Source of the DNA: Reyranella sp.
GTDB lineage: Bacteria; Pseudomonadota; Alphaproteobacteria; Reyranellales; Reyranellaceae
Length of the DNA: 64,000 nt
Assembly: GCA_030684475.1 (NCBI GenBank)
Contig: JAUXWB010000245.1
Span: forward strand, 826-64,825
Direction of reading: 5' to 3'
In this document: positions 8,825-21,400 of the stretch, one piece after another
Layout: every line of letters begins with the position of its first letter
Position numbering within the stretch: position 1 is the first letter of the stretch
Position numbers and translations under genes: made by a program
Notes under the pieces: model-generated
Told to the model about the DNA's origin: nothing
Database searches by the model: none
The model's input: only the letters and a program-made list of their open reading frames with translations

Positions 8825-10162
8825 GTGCTCAGTCAGGCCGACAACGAATTCCTCACGCTGAGCGGCCCCGGCACGCCGATGGGCGAACTGCTGCGCCGCT
8901 TCTGGATGCCCGCGCTCCTCTCCGAGGAATTGGCGGAACGCGACGGGCCGCCGAAGAAGATCAAGATCCTGGGCGAGGAATTGCTGGCCTTCCGCCAGAC
9001 CGACGGAAGGGTCGGCATCGTCGAGCAGCATTGCCCGCATCGCGGCGCCAACCTCTACTTCGGACGCAACGAGGAGTGCGGCCTGCGTTGCGCCTTCCAC
9101 GGCTGGAAGTTCGACATCGACGGCAACTGCGTCGACCTGCCGACCTCGCCGCCGGAATCCTCGTACAAGGACACGATCAAGCTGCTGGCCTATCCGGTGC
9201 GCGAATGGGCCGACATGATCTGGGTCTACATGGGCCCGCGCGAGCACATGCCGGAGTTGCCGCAGCTCGAGCTCGGCCTCGTTCCATCAGGGCGTCGCTA
9301 TGTTTCCAAGAAGTGGCAGGACTGCAACTGGGTCCAGAGCCTCGAGGGCGCCATCGACACCGCCCACTTCTCTTTCCTGCACGCCATTCCGACCAAGGAC
9401 GAGTCGATCAAGCTCGACATCCTGCGCAAGACATCGGCAATCGGACAGGAAGGTGGCTTGGCCGATCGCATGCGCTGGGTGACCGACGATCCGCGGCCGA
9501 AGTTCAGGATCCAGAGCCACGATGCCGGCCTGGTGATTGCCGCCGGCCGCAAGACCGACTCTACCGATCTCTATTGGCGCATCGCCCAGTATCTCGCGCC
9601 CAACCATGCGCTGGTGCCGGTCGCGTTTCCCGGCGAGGTCTATCATGGCCAGAGCTGGGTGCCGGTCGACGACACGAAATGCTGGGTCTACACCTACAGC
9701 TGGACCCCCGACCGGCCGCTCACCAACGCCGAGCGCGCCAAGTATGCGTCAGGGCTCAGCCTCCATGCCGAGATCGGTGAGGACTATGTGCCCAAGCGCA
9801 ACATTCACAACGACTACATGATCAACCGCGAGCTGCAGAAGACCCTGAGCTTCACCGGCATCAGCGGCGTGTCGGACCAGGACGCCGCGATCCAGGACAG
9901 CCAGGGTCCGATCCAGGACCGCACCCGGGAGCATCTCGGGCCGACCGACGTCGGCATCGTCGAGTTCCGCAAGCTGGTGATGGGCGCGGCGCGGGCGCTG
10001 CAACGGGGCGAACAGCCGAAGGCGGCCGCTGCCTCGACGCGCTATGCGGTACGCGCCGGCGGCTGGATTGCCGGCCCGGACAAGGATCTCACGACGATCA
10101 TGACGGAACGTTTCGGCCATCCGCACGGCTACGTCGGCCACGAGCACGGGCTTGGGAAATAG
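8825..10162 (+). CDS. Rieske non-heme iron oxygenase alpha subunit, copy 2 (tandem paralog)
   Basis: CPHRGA...CAFHGW and DTAHFSFLH. GTG 8825 follows a GAGGAG SD and aligns with the start of copy 1. Confidence 0.9.
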   Translation: MLSQADNEFLTLSGPGTPMGELLRRFWMPALLSEELAERDGPPKKIKILGEELLAFRQTDGRVGIVEQHCPHRGANLYFGRNEECGLRCAFHGWKFDIDGNCVDLPTSPPESSYKDTIKLLAYPVREWADMIWVYMGPREHMPELPQLELGLVPSGRRYVSKKWQDCNWVQSLEGAIDTAHFSFLHAIPTKDESIKLDILRKTSAIGQEGGLADRMRWVTDDPRPKFRIQSHDAGLVIAAGRKTDSTDLYWRIAQYLAPNHALVPVAFPGEVYHGQSWVPVDDTKCWVYTYSWTPDRPLTNAERAKYASGLSLHAEIGEDYVPKRNIHNDYMINRELQKTLSFTGISGVSDQDAAIQDSQGPIQDRTREHLGPTDVGIVEFRKLVMGAARALQRGEQPKAAAASTRYAVRAGGWIAGPDKDLTTIMTERFGHPHGYVGHEHGLGK

Positions 10163-10227
10163 AGCGTTAGACCGCGACAAGATGCTGGACTATCGTCGGC
10201 CCGCCGCTTTCTGGGGAGAACGCAAAA

Positions 10228-10836
10228 GTGACGATCAAGATTTACGGGCCGGTAGCCTCGCGTGCCGCGCGCGCGTTGTGGATCGTGCACGAGCTCGACA
10301 TTCCGTTCGAGCACGTGGCGCTGGAGATGAAGGAGCTCAAGGGCGCCGAATATCTGAAAATCAATCCCAACGGCAAGGTGCCGACGCTGGTCGACGGCGA
10401 CTTCAAGCTGTTCGAATCGATGGCAATCAACATCTATCTCGCGACCAAGCACAACAAGAACGGCTTCATGCCGGCGAGCCTCGAGGACCAGGCGCTCTGC
10501 AATCAGTGGAGCTTCTGGGGCATGACCGAGGTCGAAAAGCCGCTGCTCACCGTGCTGATCGACATGTTCATGACCGCGCCCGACAAGCGTAAGCCCGAGG
10601 CCGTTGCCGACGCGCTGAAGGCCCTGCCCAAGCCGTTCGCCGTGCTGAACGGCGCGCTGCAGGGCCGCGACCATCTGCTGGGCTCGACCTTTACCGTGGC
10701 CGATCTCAACCTCGCCTCGATCATGAGCTGGGCCAAGCCGATCAAGTTCGACTTCGCGCCCTTCTCCAATGTCGGCGCCTGGCTCGACCGCTGTCTGGCG
10801 CGCCCGGCCTACAAGGCGGCGCGTTCGACCAAGTAG
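10228..10836 (+). CDS. Glutathione S-transferase family protein
   Basis: SRAARALW, INPNGKVPTL, LFESMAI, FTVADLN. Confidence 0.92.
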   Translation: MTIKIYGPVASRAARALWIVHELDIPFEHVALEMKELKGAEYLKINPNGKVPTLVDGDFKLFESMAINIYLATKHNKNGFMPASLEDQALCNQWSFWGMTEVEKPLLTVLIDMFMTAPDKRKPEAVADALKALPKPFAVLNGALQGRDHLLGSTFTVADLNLASIMSWAKPIKFDFAPFSNVGAWLDRCLARPAYKAARSTK

Positions 10837-10842
10837 CGCCCG

Positions 10843-12108
10843 CTACTCCGCCGGCGCCGCCTGCGGCGCCGGCCCACGAACCTCCTGGCCTCGGCCGCCC
10901 GGCAGGAGCAGCGCCACCAGCGTGATCACGACGGACGTGGCGGCGAGGCCAAGGAACAGCAGCTCGAGGTTGCCGGTGCTCTCCTGCACCCAGGCGATCG
11001 CCAGGATGGCGACCGGGCTGGCGCCCAGCGCCACGACGAACTTCGCGCCGAAGCCCAGGCCGTGATAGCGGCTGGGCGTATAGCGCGCGATCAGGATGTT
11101 CTCGACCGGACCCGCCGCCGAACTAAGAATCGCCGAGGCGATCGCCCCGGCCAGGGCCACGTAGCCGTTGCCCATGGCCAGCGCCAGCATGGCGCCGACC
11201 TGCAGCGCCGAGGCCACGACATAAGTCGTCTTCAACGGATAGCGGTCGATGACACGTCGGCCCATGACGTACTGCGCCACGCCGGAGACGATGTAGATCA
11301 TCGAGGTCGCGAGCCCGACCCATAGCACGGCCTGGGTGACGAACCCCCACGAGGTAAGACTGTCGCGCAGCCAGGCGATCTGATCGCCCAGGCGCTGCTG
11401 GAACACGAGTGCCGCGCCAAACATCACCGCAGCCCAGGTGATGCCCTCGAGCGCCATGGTCACCGAGAGCACGGAGAAGACCCGCCAGAAGTTGCGGCCG
11501 CCGTTCGTGACGCCATGTGTCGTGGGCATCGGGCGATCGCCGACGCGGCCACGCCTGATCTCGACGAACAGCATTGCACCGACGGCGATGCAGACGATGC
11601 CCGGCACGATGAAGGCGGCACGCCACGAGGCGAGTGTGATCAGCACGCCCGGCACGATGCCGTAGAGCGCGAGCCCGGCGCTGCCCCACAGGCCGTTCAC
11701 GCCCATGGCGTGGCCCTGCTCCCGGGCGGTGCGGATCACCCAGCCGATGCCGACGGAGTGATAGATGGCGCCGAATGCGCCGATGCCGCAGAGCGCCAGC
11801 GACAGCGCAAAGGTATCGCCGCTCGGCACCAAGCCGCAGACGATCGACGACAGGCCGAGGCCCACGAACATCACAACCATCATGGCCGGCGCACCGAAGC
11901 GGTCCGAGGCCCAGCCTGCCGGCAGCGACATGACGCCCAGCAGGATGCTGGCGGGGGCATAGAGACGCAGCAGATCCTCGGCCGGCAGCTTCCAGGAGAT
12001 GGCGAGCGTCAGCACGATCACGGCATAAAACGCCGTCATCAGGTGCATCAGCGCATGGCCGATCGAGGAAAACAACAGGACGCGCTGGCCGGGATCCGGG
12101 GATTTCAT
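10843..12108 (-). CDS. MFS transporter
   Basis: About 12 hydrophobic segments and motif A GWASDRFG. Confidence 0.85.
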   Translation of the reverse strand: MKSPDPGQRVLLFSSIGHALMHLMTAFYAVIVLTLAISWKLPAEDLLRLYAPASILLGVMSLPAGWASDRFGAPAMMVVMFVGLGLSSIVCGLVPSGDTFALSLALCGIGAFGAIYHSVGIGWVIRTAREQGHAMGVNGLWGSAGLALYGIVPGVLITLASWRAAFIVPGIVCIAVGAMLFVEIRRGRVGDRPMPTTHGVTNGGRNFWRVFSVLSVTMALEGITWAAVMFGAALVFQQRLGDQIAWLRDSLTSWGFVTQAVLWVGLATSMIYIVSGVAQYVMGRRVIDRYPLKTTYVVASALQVGAMLALAMGNGYVALAGAIASAILSSAAGPVENILIARYTPSRYHGLGFGAKFVVALGASPVAILAIAWVQESTGNLELLFLGLAATSVVITLVALLLPGGRGQEVRGPAPQAAPAE

Positions 12109-12210
12109 GCCGTTCTGTATCGGCCTGGCTCCGGCGGGGCGCAAGCCGGCTTGCGGCATCGCTGCCATTCGCGCTAAAGCCCCCTGCCGCGGCGACACCG
12201 CGGCACCGGT

Positions 12211-12287
12211 CGGGGCGTAGCGCAGCCTGGTAGCGCATCAGTCTGGGGGACTGGGGGTCGCAGGTTCAAATCCTGTCGCCCCGACCA
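12211..12287 (+). tRNA. tRNA-Pro (anticodon GGG)
   Basis: CGGGGCG acceptor stem, D-arm AGCCTGGTA, anticodon loop CT-GGG-GG, T-loop GGTTCAAATCC, encoded CCA end. Confidence 0.97.
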
Positions 12288-12315
12288 ATTTCCTTCCCCT
12301 CCCAAGCACACTCGA

Positions 12316-13524
12316 ATGAATACCCGGCGCGCGCTTGCCTTCATCTTCTGCACGGTGACGCTCGACGTGCTGGCGCTGGGAGTGATGATCCCGGTGCTGC
12401 CCGGCATCGTGCTGGGCTTCATGGATGGCGACACCGCGGGGGCCGCGGAGATCTTCGGCGTGTTCGCTACGGTCTGGGGGCTGATGCAGGTCCTGTTCTC
12501 GCCCCTGCTCGGGACGCTCTCGGACCGCTTCGGCCGCCGTCCGGTCATCCTGATTTCCTGCCTGGGCCTCGGCCTCGACTACATCTTCATGGCGCTCGCG
12601 CCCTCACTGCTGCTGCTGTTCATCGGCCGCGTGATCTCGGGCATCACGGCGGCCACCATCAGCACGTCGTTCGCCTACATCGCCGACGTCACGACCACCG
12701 ACAACCGGGCCAATGCCTTCGGCATCGTTGGCATGGCATTTGGCGCCGGCTTCGTCCTGGGACCGGCCATCGGCGGCCTGCTGGGCGGCCTCGACCCCCG
12801 CCTGCCATTCTGGGTGTCGGCGGCGGCCTGCCTGATTAACGCCGCCTTCGGCTGGTTCGTGCTGCCGGAATCGCTGCCGCCGGAAAAGCGCATGGCGTTC
12901 GCCTGGAAGCGCGCCAATCCCCTGGGGTCGCTCACCCTCCTGCGCTCGCACGGGCAGCTCATCGGACTGGCGTCGGTGGACTTCCTCGCCAACACCGCCC
13001 ACCAGGTCCTGCCGTCGGTGTTCGTGCTCTACGCCGCCTATCGCTATGGCTGGGGCGAGACGTCCGTCGGCCTCACCCTGGCCTTCGTCGGGATCTGCAG
13101 CGCGGTCGTGCAGGGTCTTCTGGTCGGCCCGATCGTCGGGTGGTTGGGACCACGACGCGCCCTGTTCGCTGGTCTCGTGATGGGCGGGCTGGGCATGGCG
13201 ATCTACGGCCTGGCGCCTTCGGGGGCCTGGTTCCTGGCCGCCGTCCCGATCATGGCGCTGTGGGGCATCTCGGGCCCTGCCGCCATGGACATGATGAGCC
13301 GGCGGGTGAGTGCGTCCGAGCAGGGCCAATTGCAGGGCGCCAACAGCTCGGTCCGCAGCTTGGCCGGCCTGCTCGGTCCGGGGCTATTCACCGGCACGTT
13401 CGCCTGGCTGCTCGGCTGGCTGCCCGGCGCGCCGTTCCTGCTGGCCGCAGCGCTGTTGCTTGCTGCTGGCGTCGTGAGCTGGATCGTTACGGCGCCGTCG
13501 CCGCCCGCCGACCAGCCTCGGTAA
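12316..13524 (+). CDS. TetA-like (TCR/DHA1) MFS transporter
   Basis: [12 protein letters not shown] motif [11 protein letters not shown] motif C, LPESL. Confidence 0.9.
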   Translation: MNTRRALAFIFCTVTLDVLALGVMIPVLPGIVLGFMDGDTAGAAEIFGVFATVWGLMQVLFSPLLGTLSDRFGRRPVILISCLGLGLDYIFMALAPSLLLLFIGRVISGITAATISTSFAYIADVTTTDNRANAFGIVGMAFGAGFVLGPAIGGLLGGLDPRLPFWVSAAACLINAAFGWFVLPESLPPEKRMAFAWKRANPLGSLTLLRSHGQLIGLASVDFLANTAHQVLPSVFVLYAAYRYGWGETSVGLTLAFVGICSAVVQGLLVGPIVGWLGPRRALFAGLVMGGLGMAIYGLAPSGAWFLAAVPIMALWGISGPAAMDMMSRRVSASEQGQLQGANSSVRSLAGLLGPGLFTGTFAWLLGWLPGAPFLLAAALLLAAGVVSWIVTAPSPPADQPR

Positions 13525-13831
13525 GCTTGCACACCAGCCAATCGGGCTTCAGCGGGTTGTTGAACCAGGGCTCGGCCCAGCCGCGATCAACGCAGCGCCG
13601 CACGATGGCGGCATCGACATCCTGGCCATCGAGATCGAACAGCGGCAGCTTGCCGCCGGCCTGCGTCAGTCCTCGGCGCAGATACAACAACTCGCTGAGA
13701 GCTGGAAGATCACCCTCCGACTCATTGTCGTTCAAAGATAAAATGTCGAGTGATCGCGCCTGTTGATGCGCGAAGGTGCGGCTGGCAAACACGGCTGCGT
13801 CCCCCTCTGACGATGCCGAAAAGCTAAACAA
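13487..13831 (-). CDS. Conserved small alphaproteobacterial hypothetical protein (start uncertain)
   Basis: Protein-like C-terminal block GGKLPLFD...[21 protein letters not shown]; lies downstream of merR. Confidence 0.65.
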   Translation of the reverse strand: MFSFSASSEGDAAVFASRTFAHQQARSLDILSLNDNESEGDLPALSELLYLRRGLTQAGGKLPLFDLDGQDVDAAIVRRCVDRGWAEPWFNNPLKPDWLVCKLTEAGRRAATAP

Positions 13832-13926
13832 ATCAGGTGGATGCGACCGTTTCCGGAGACGTCTACCCGACTTGGCGGCTCAAGCCCTCGAGCTGCTGCC
13901 CCCCGGCAGCACCTCGTGGTCCCGAC

Positions 13927-14460
13927 CTAGTTTTGCGCCTTCAGCGTGCTGCGCAGTTGCGTCAGCGCCTGTTCGAGATCTTCCAGCACCGTTTCGATTT
14001 CCCGACGCTTGTGCAGGTCCAGCATGGCGGCCCGTGGCGTCGTGGTCGATGGTTGCGGGCCGGTCCTCGGTAACGGCTGGCGTGCCGCCCCGCCGGTCAT
14101 CGCTTCGGCGCGAGCCGATACGATGCGCAGGCTTTCGAGCGCGCTTTCCGCCGCCAGATCGAGGCGCTGCGGCTGCGGCAAGCGGCCACGGCTCTCCTTC
14201 AGAAGGCGCTGCACGCCCTTGATGGTGTAGCCGTCGTCGTAAAGCAGCGTGCGAATGCGGCGCAGGAGGTCGATATCCTCCGGCCGGTAGTAACGCCGGC
14301 CGCCGCCCCGCTTGAGCGGACGGACCTGGCTGAACTTGCTTTCCCAGAACCGCAGCACGTGCTGCGGCACATCCAGTTCGGTCGCAACTTCGCTGATCGT
14401 GCGAAACGCCTGCGCCGACTTTTCAACCCGCCTTTCGACGGTCTGAGCCGATACGGCCAT
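13927..14460 (-). CDS. MerR family regulator (ihfA-associated)
   Basis: AFRTISEVA...[10 protein letters not shown]...[11 protein letters not shown]. Confidence 0.92.
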   Translation of the reverse strand: MAVSAQTVERRVEKSAQAFRTISEVATELDVPQHVLRFWESKFSQVRPLKRGGGRRYYRPEDIDLLRRIRTLLYDDGYTIKGVQRLLKESRGRLPQPQRLDLAAESALESLRIVSARAEAMTGGAARQPLPRTGPQPSTTTPRAAMLDLHKRREIETVLEDLEQALTQLRSTLKAQN

Positions 14461-14490
14461 GACAAACCCCCACGTTTCCCCAACTACCCC

Positions 14491-14796
14491 TTAGTTCTCG
14501 CCGGGCGCCCCATTGATCAGAGATTTAAGGACGTTCGACGCTCGAAAGACGAGTACTCGTCGCGGCAGAATCGGTACTTCCTGCCCCGTCTTCGGATTGC
14601 GGCCCACGCGCTGCCCTTTGTCGCGAACGGTGAAACTCCCGAAAGACGAGATCTTCACTGATTCGCCACGAGCCAAGGCTTCCACGACTTCGGAGAGAAT
14701 CGTTTCCACGAGGTCACTGGATTCATTGCGAGACAGTCCCACTTCCTGGAACACGGACTCGCTCAGATCGGCGCGCGTAATAGTCCGGCCTTCCAC
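14491..14796 (-). CDS. ihfA: Integration host factor alpha
   Basis: [23 protein letters not shown]; standard fabH-ihfA-merR order. Confidence 0.96.
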   Translation of the reverse strand: MEGRTITRADLSESVFQEVGLSRNESSDLVETILSEVVEALARGESVKISSFGSFTVRDKGQRVGRNPKTGQEVPILPRRVLVFRASNVLKSLINGAPGEN

Positions 14797-14944
14797 TCCG
14801 GTACCCTTCCTTCCCCCAGTTAATCCTTACTCTAAGGTTGGAAAGCGGTCAATATCAGGAGGATAGAGGCTGGACTTGAATCGCCGTCTGTTCTCGTTCC
14901 GTTGCAGACTTTTTTTGTTTCAATCGCCCCCTGGGCGAGAAATC

Positions 14945-15916
14945 CTACCAGCGGACCAGCGAAGCGCCCCAGGCTAGACCGCCGCCGATGCCCTCCAGCA
15001 GCAGCAGATCGCCCTTCTTTATGCGGCCATCCTTGACGGCCGCGTCGAGGGCCAGCGGGATCGAGGCGGCGGACGTATTGGCATGGCGGTCGACCGTGAC
15101 GACCACTCGCTCCGGCGGCAGGCCGAGCTTGCGCCCTGTCCCGTCGATGATGCGCTTGTTGGCCTGGTGCGGCACCAGCCAGTCGATATCCTTGGTCTCG
15201 AACCCGGCCTTGGCCAGCACTTCGCCCACGACCGTCGCCATATTGATGACCGCGTGCCTGAAGACCTCCTTGCCCTCCATGCGCAGAAAGCCGGTGGTCC
15301 GGGTCGAGGATGGGCCGCCGTCGACATAGAGGATGTCGTGCTGGCGGCCGTCGGAATGAAGGGCATTGGCGAGCACGCCGCGGTCGGCCGACGTCCCCTT
15401 GCCTTCCTCGGCACGCAGCACGACGGCGCCGGCGCCATCGCCGAACAGCACGCAGGTCCCGCGATCATTCCAGTCGAGAATGCGGGAGAAGGTCTCGGCG
15501 CCGATCACCAACGCCGTCGAGGCCAGGCCGTTCTTGATCATGCTGTCGGCCACCGACAGGCCGTAGACGAAGCCGGCGCAGACGGCCTGCACGTCGAAGG
15601 CCGCGCCTCTGGTCATGCCGAGGCCGGCTTGCACGCGCGTCGCCGTCGCGGGAAAAGTTTCATCCGGCGTCGCCGTCGCCAGCACGATGAGATCGAGGTC
15701 GGAGGCCTTCAATCCGGCGTGGGCCAGTGCCCGCTCCGAGGCCTTGAGCGCCAGATGCGACGTCATCTCGCCGTCGGCCGCGATATGGCGCTGCTTGATG
15801 CCGGTGCGCTGCTGGATCCACTCGTCGGAAGTATCCATCGTCTTGGCAAGATCGGCGTTGGTAACCACACGTTCCGGCAGATAGGCGCCGCACCCCTGAA
15901 CGACGGACCGGATCAC
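14945..15916 (-). CDS. fabH: Beta-ketoacyl-ACP synthase III
   Basis: AVCAGF catalytic Cys, [19 protein letters not shown]. Confidence 0.96.
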   Translation of the reverse strand: MIRSVVQGCGAYLPERVVTNADLAKTMDTSDEWIQQRTGIKQRHIAADGEMTSHLALKASERALAHAGLKASDLDLIVLATATPDETFPATATRVQAGLGMTRGAAFDVQAVCAGFVYGLSVADSMIKNGLASTALVIGAETFSRILDWNDRGTCVLFGDGAGAVVLRAEEGKGTSADRGVLANALHSDGRQHDILYVDGGPSSTRTTGFLRMEGKEVFRHAVINMATVVGEVLAKAGFETKDIDWLVPHQANKRIIDGTGRKLGLPPERVVVTVDRHANTSAASIPLALDAAVKDGRIKKGDLLLLEGIGGGLAWGASLVRW

Positions 15917-16992
15917 GCGCTTCCTCCGCCTGCCTGCAGCGCCGGCGCCTCGGCCGTCGCCGGCATTGCGTGCAACTTGGCCAGCCCTTCGACGAGTTTG
16001 CTTTTGTATTCGTAGCGTACCATGTCAACCGCCACGCCGATTGCGTAGGCAAAGCCTAGCGCATCGGTGCCGCCGTGGCTCTTCACGCAAATGCCGTCGA
16101 GGCCGAGGAAGACGCCCCCGTTGTAGCGCCGCGGGTCGACCCGCTTGCTCAGCTTCACCCAGGCGCCCGCGGCGAACAGATAGCCGATCTTGGCGAAGGT
16201 CGAGGTCCGGAAAGCGTCGCGAACTAAACCGGTCCGGCCCATCAAGAGCTTAGCCGTGCCTTCTATGGCCTTCAGAGCGACGTTGCCGGTGAAGCCGTCG
16301 GTGACGACCACGTCGACGATACCGGTGCCAATGTCATTGCCCTCCACGAAGCCGTGAAAGGACACGGGCGAGCCTTCGCGGCGCAGCCACTCCGCCGCCT
16401 GGCGCAGCTCCTCGTGCCCCTTGAGTTCCTCCGAACCGACGTTCAGCAGGCCGACCTTGGGCTCGCTGAGACCCAGCAGGACCTGGGCGAAGACGCTGCC
16501 CATGACAGCGAACTGGGCAAGGTTGTCGGCATCGCACTCGAGGTTGGCGCCGAGGTCCAGCATCACCGTCTCGCCCTTGCTGGTCGGCATGAATGAGGCC
16601 AGAGCCGGACGGTGCGCGCCTTCGAGCATGCGCATGGCGACCATGGAGATTGCCAGCAAGGCGCCGGTATTGCCGGCCGACACCACCGTGTCGGCGCGAC
16701 CCTGGGCCGCGGCATCGACGGCCAGCCACATGCTCGATTGGCGGCGGCGGCGCAGCGCAAAGGACGGCTTGTCGTCGTTGCTGACGGCGTCCTCGGCCGG
16801 AACGATCTCGAGCGCCTGCGCCAGGCCCTTGCGCCGATCGACCAGCGGCTTCAGCCGGGCCTGATCTCCGAACAGGAGAAAGGATGCGCCTGGGTACCGT
16901 TCACGGGCAATGTCTGCTCCGTTCACGATGACTTCGGGCGCGTTGTCACCGCCCATGCCATCGAGTGCCAGAACGACCTTACCCACGCTCAC
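15913..16992 (-). CDS. plsX: Phosphate acyltransferase PlsX (start approximate)
   Basis: [36 protein letters not shown]. Confidence 0.94.
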   Translation of the reverse strand: MSVGKVVLALDGMGGDNAPEVIVNGADIARERYPGASFLLFGDQARLKPLVDRRKGLAQALEIVPAEDAVSNDDKPSFALRRRRQSSMWLAVDAAAQGRADTVVSAGNTGALLAISMVAMRMLEGAHRPALASFMPTSKGETVMLDLGANLECDADNLAQFAVMGSVFAQVLLGLSEPKVGLLNVGSEELKGHEELRQAAEWLRREGSPVSFHGFVEGNDIGTGIVDVVVTDGFTGNVALKAIEGTAKLLMGRTGLVRDAFRTSTFAKIGYLFAAGAWVKLSKRVDPRRYNGGVFLGLDGICVKSHGGTDALGFAYAIGVAVDMVRYEYKSKLVEGLAKLHAMPATAEAPALQAGGGSA

Positions 16993-17044
16993 GGGGATGC
17001 TCTGCCTATCGGTTGCCAGCGCATTGCCGGCGGGGCGCTGCGGC

Positions 17045-17239
17045 CTACTTCTCGGCCGACGTTGCGTCGGCCAGGACCGGCATGTCTTCGCGGTAGTAAC
17101 CGCAGTGCGAGCAGACCATGTGCGGCCGCTTGAGCTCGCCACAATTCTTGCACTCGACATAAGCCATGGTCGGCAGCGCATGGTGCGACCGACGCATGTT
17201 GCGGCGGGATTTCGAAATCTTCTTCTTGGGAACAGCCAT
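17045..17239 (-). CDS. rpmF: 50S ribosomal protein L32 (Zn-ribbon C+ form)
   Basis: [19 protein letters not shown] with CKNC and CSHC. Confidence 0.96.
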   Translation of the reverse strand: MAVPKKKISKSRRNMRRSHHALPTMAYVECKNCGELKRPHMVCSHCGYYREDMPVLADATSAEK

Positions 17240-17351
17240 AACGATCTCCACGACGGGGGCCGCGCCAACGCTGGCCCCAAAAAGCTGAGCCGCGCTCTAG
17301 CGGCGCGGCGGGCGGCCTTCTCTAGCTAAATCGTTCCACCACTGCAACAGT

Positions 17352-17936
17352 TTAGCGGCCGCGGCGGGGCTTGTCCCTGAGAGCCGCCAGACCGGCAAAA
17401 GGATGCCGCTGCTGGCCAGGGGCGTCCCGCCGATGGCCGCCCCGGGGCTTTGGCAAGATATCCTCCAGTTTCACGCCCGCCCGACGTGGATAGGGTTCGG
17501 CCGCCAGTGACAGCTGTTCAGCGACAATTTCGCCGACATCGAGCATATTTCCCGCCAGCGGCTCCGGCGCATCGGCCTGGGCATTCAGCACGGTCTCCCC
17601 GCTCTCTGGATCGCGCTCTTCGGCCAAGTCCTTCTTGAAGACGATGCGGAAAGCATCGTCGAGTTCCTGCGTCACCGGCTCGAGGCTCAGGACGCAAGCC
17701 TGGACGATCTTTCCGCGCAGCCGGCCCTCAACCACGATCTGACCGCCCAACTGAAGATCCACCGTTACCCGGGCAGCGAAGTCCTGGAGGCCAAGGAAGC
17801 CGAATCGCTTGGCTAGCGCCCGGCTTTCGCCGTCGCTGGCGACGATCTCCAAGGCTGTGCCGGTGCGGCCCAGACGGTCTAGGTCAACAATTCTTTCAAT
17901 CTCAAATTTAGGCTTAATATCAGTGTGCTCTGGCAT
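17352..17936 (-). CDS. yceD: YceD/DUF177 family protein
   Basis: QACVLSLEP, LDVGEIVAEQLSLAAEPYPR, HPFAGL; located upstream of rpmF. Confidence 0.88.
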   Translation of the reverse strand: MPEHTDIKPKFEIERIVDLDRLGRTGTALEIVASDGESRALAKRFGFLGLQDFAARVTVDLQLGGQIVVEGRLRGKIVQACVLSLEPVTQELDDAFRIVFKKDLAEERDPESGETVLNAQADAPEPLAGNMLDVGEIVAEQLSLAAEPYPRRAGVKLEDILPKPRGGHRRDAPGQQRHPFAGLAALRDKPRRGR

Positions 17937-17945
17937 TGTACTAAT

Positions 17946-18437
17946 CTACTTTATTAAGTTATTGCGAGGTGTTTTGGCAAGTCTTTCAGCATACTGGCGG
18001 ATATGCGCTTCGAGCCGCTTCACGGCGGCTTCCGCAGGCGGCCTACCGCCATAGGCGTTGCGCCGCAAGACCTCGGCCAGCGGCGTCGGCCCCCCCGCCA
18101 GCGCGTCGCGGTAAGCGAGCGCCCGCCCGTGCAGCCCTTCCGCCATGATCTTGATCCGGCGTCCAACGCCCAGATCCTGAACGCCCAATTCGCGCAACGT
18201 GATATCGAGATGGCGGAACATGGCGTCGAAGAAGGCCTGCGCCAGCGGTTCGCCGTCGGGCTCGCGGCGCAGACGGTCTATGGCAAGGGAGGCGTGCAAG
18301 GCCAGCGCGTCGAAGCGGCCGTCGAGCGTGTCGGGAATGCCGCAGGCGTCGAACAATTCAGGCAGGCGTGCATGCTCGGCAGTCTTGGCATAAAGGGCAG
18401 CGGCAAACTTGTCTTCGGCACTCTTGCGGCGGAACAC
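17946..18437 (-). CDS. Ubiquinol-cytochrome c chaperone (Cbp3-like)
   Basis: PDTLDGRF, LRELGVQDLGVGRRIK; divergent from bamE. Start GTG 18437 inferred. Confidence 0.85.
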   Translation of the reverse strand: MFRRKSAEDKFAAALYAKTAEHARLPELFDACGIPDTLDGRFDALALHASLAIDRLRREPDGEPLAQAFFDAMFRHLDITLRELGVQDLGVGRRIKIMAEGLHGRALAYRDALAGGPTPLAEVLRRNAYGGRPPAEAAVKRLEAHIRQYAERLAKTPRNNLIK

Positions 18438-18555
18438 GATCCAGCTCCCTGCGGCCCAGCTTCCTGCAGCGACGGACCGTTGACCCGGAACGACCGTCAC
18501 GACATGTTGTGCACCGTCTTTCCCCGGAACCCAAGCCCTACGCAAGACCCAACCC

Positions 18556-19050
18556 ATGCGCCGCATCGCCTTCTTCGCCCTCGCCGGCGCCCTGCTCGCC
18601 CCCGCCCTTGTGGCACTACCGGGGTGCGACCCGCATTTCAATCAGCGTGGATTTGCAGCGACGCCCGGTTCCGTCGAGAAACTCGAGGCCGGCACGCAGA
18701 GCCGCGAAGACGTCATCCGCCTCATCGGCTCGCCGTCGGCGGTCGCCACCTTCAATCCGAACATTTGGTACTACATCAGCGAAACGCAGGAATCCTATGC
18801 CTTCATGAAGCCCGAGATCACTCAACAGAAGGTGATTCAGATCACGTTCAACGACACCGGCCGCATCGCGGGGATCAAGAACTACGACCTCAAGGATGCG
18901 CAAGACATCGCCATGGTCCAGCGCATCACGCCGACCTCCGGCAAGGGGCTAACGGTGCTGGAGCAGATCCTGGGCAACGTCGGCAAGTTCAACGCGGCCT
19001 CCAGGGCCGGCACCACACCAGGCGCACCGACCGGCGGCGGCGGCATCTGA
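18556..19050 (+). CDS. bamE: Outer membrane protein assembly lipoprotein BamE (SmpA/OmlA)
   Basis: Lipobox LPGC, IGSPS, WYYIS. Confidence 0.9.
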   Translation: MRRIAFFALAGALLAPALVALPGCDPHFNQRGFAATPGSVEKLEAGTQSREDVIRLIGSPSAVATFNPNIWYYISETQESYAFMKPEITQQKVIQITFNDTGRIAGIKNYDLKDAQDIAMVQRITPTSGKGLTVLEQILGNVGKFNAASRAGTTPGAPTGGGGI

Positions 19051-19087
19051 GGTCGAGCGCGGGGACACCTCACCAGACCCACGACAC

Positions 19088-19121
19088 AAAAAAAGCCCCG
19101 GTCCTTCGACCGGGGCTTTTC
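19088..19121. terminator. Bidirectional intrinsic terminator between bamE and hppA
   Basis: AAAAGCCCCGGTC-CTTC-GACCGGGGCTTTT hairpin with A and T tracts, between convergent genes. Confidence 0.85.
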
Positions 19122-19143
19122 CGTAGCGTTCGGTGCGGCCGTC

Positions 19144-21249
<2,106 letters not shown>

Positions 21250-21400
21250 AGTTTCTAACCTATTGTTTTTGCGGCATTTTCAGCCTGGCGCACGCCGAAG
21301 TCATCGACTCCCCCCGCGCGAGGCGGCCGGAAAATGACAGAACGGCCCCGTCCGCGCAACAAGGCGGTGGGAAAACACCCATTACGTCAAAGACTTGGCA

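Noticed and set aside
12211-13524. tRNA-Pro as an integration site for a genomic island
   Set aside because: I saw no integrase, no duplicated tRNA 3' end and no obvious compositional shift.
14797-14944. IHF or CtrA site in the AT-rich region upstream of ihfA
   Set aside because: Only partial matches (a T-tract and one TTAA half-site); no full consensus.
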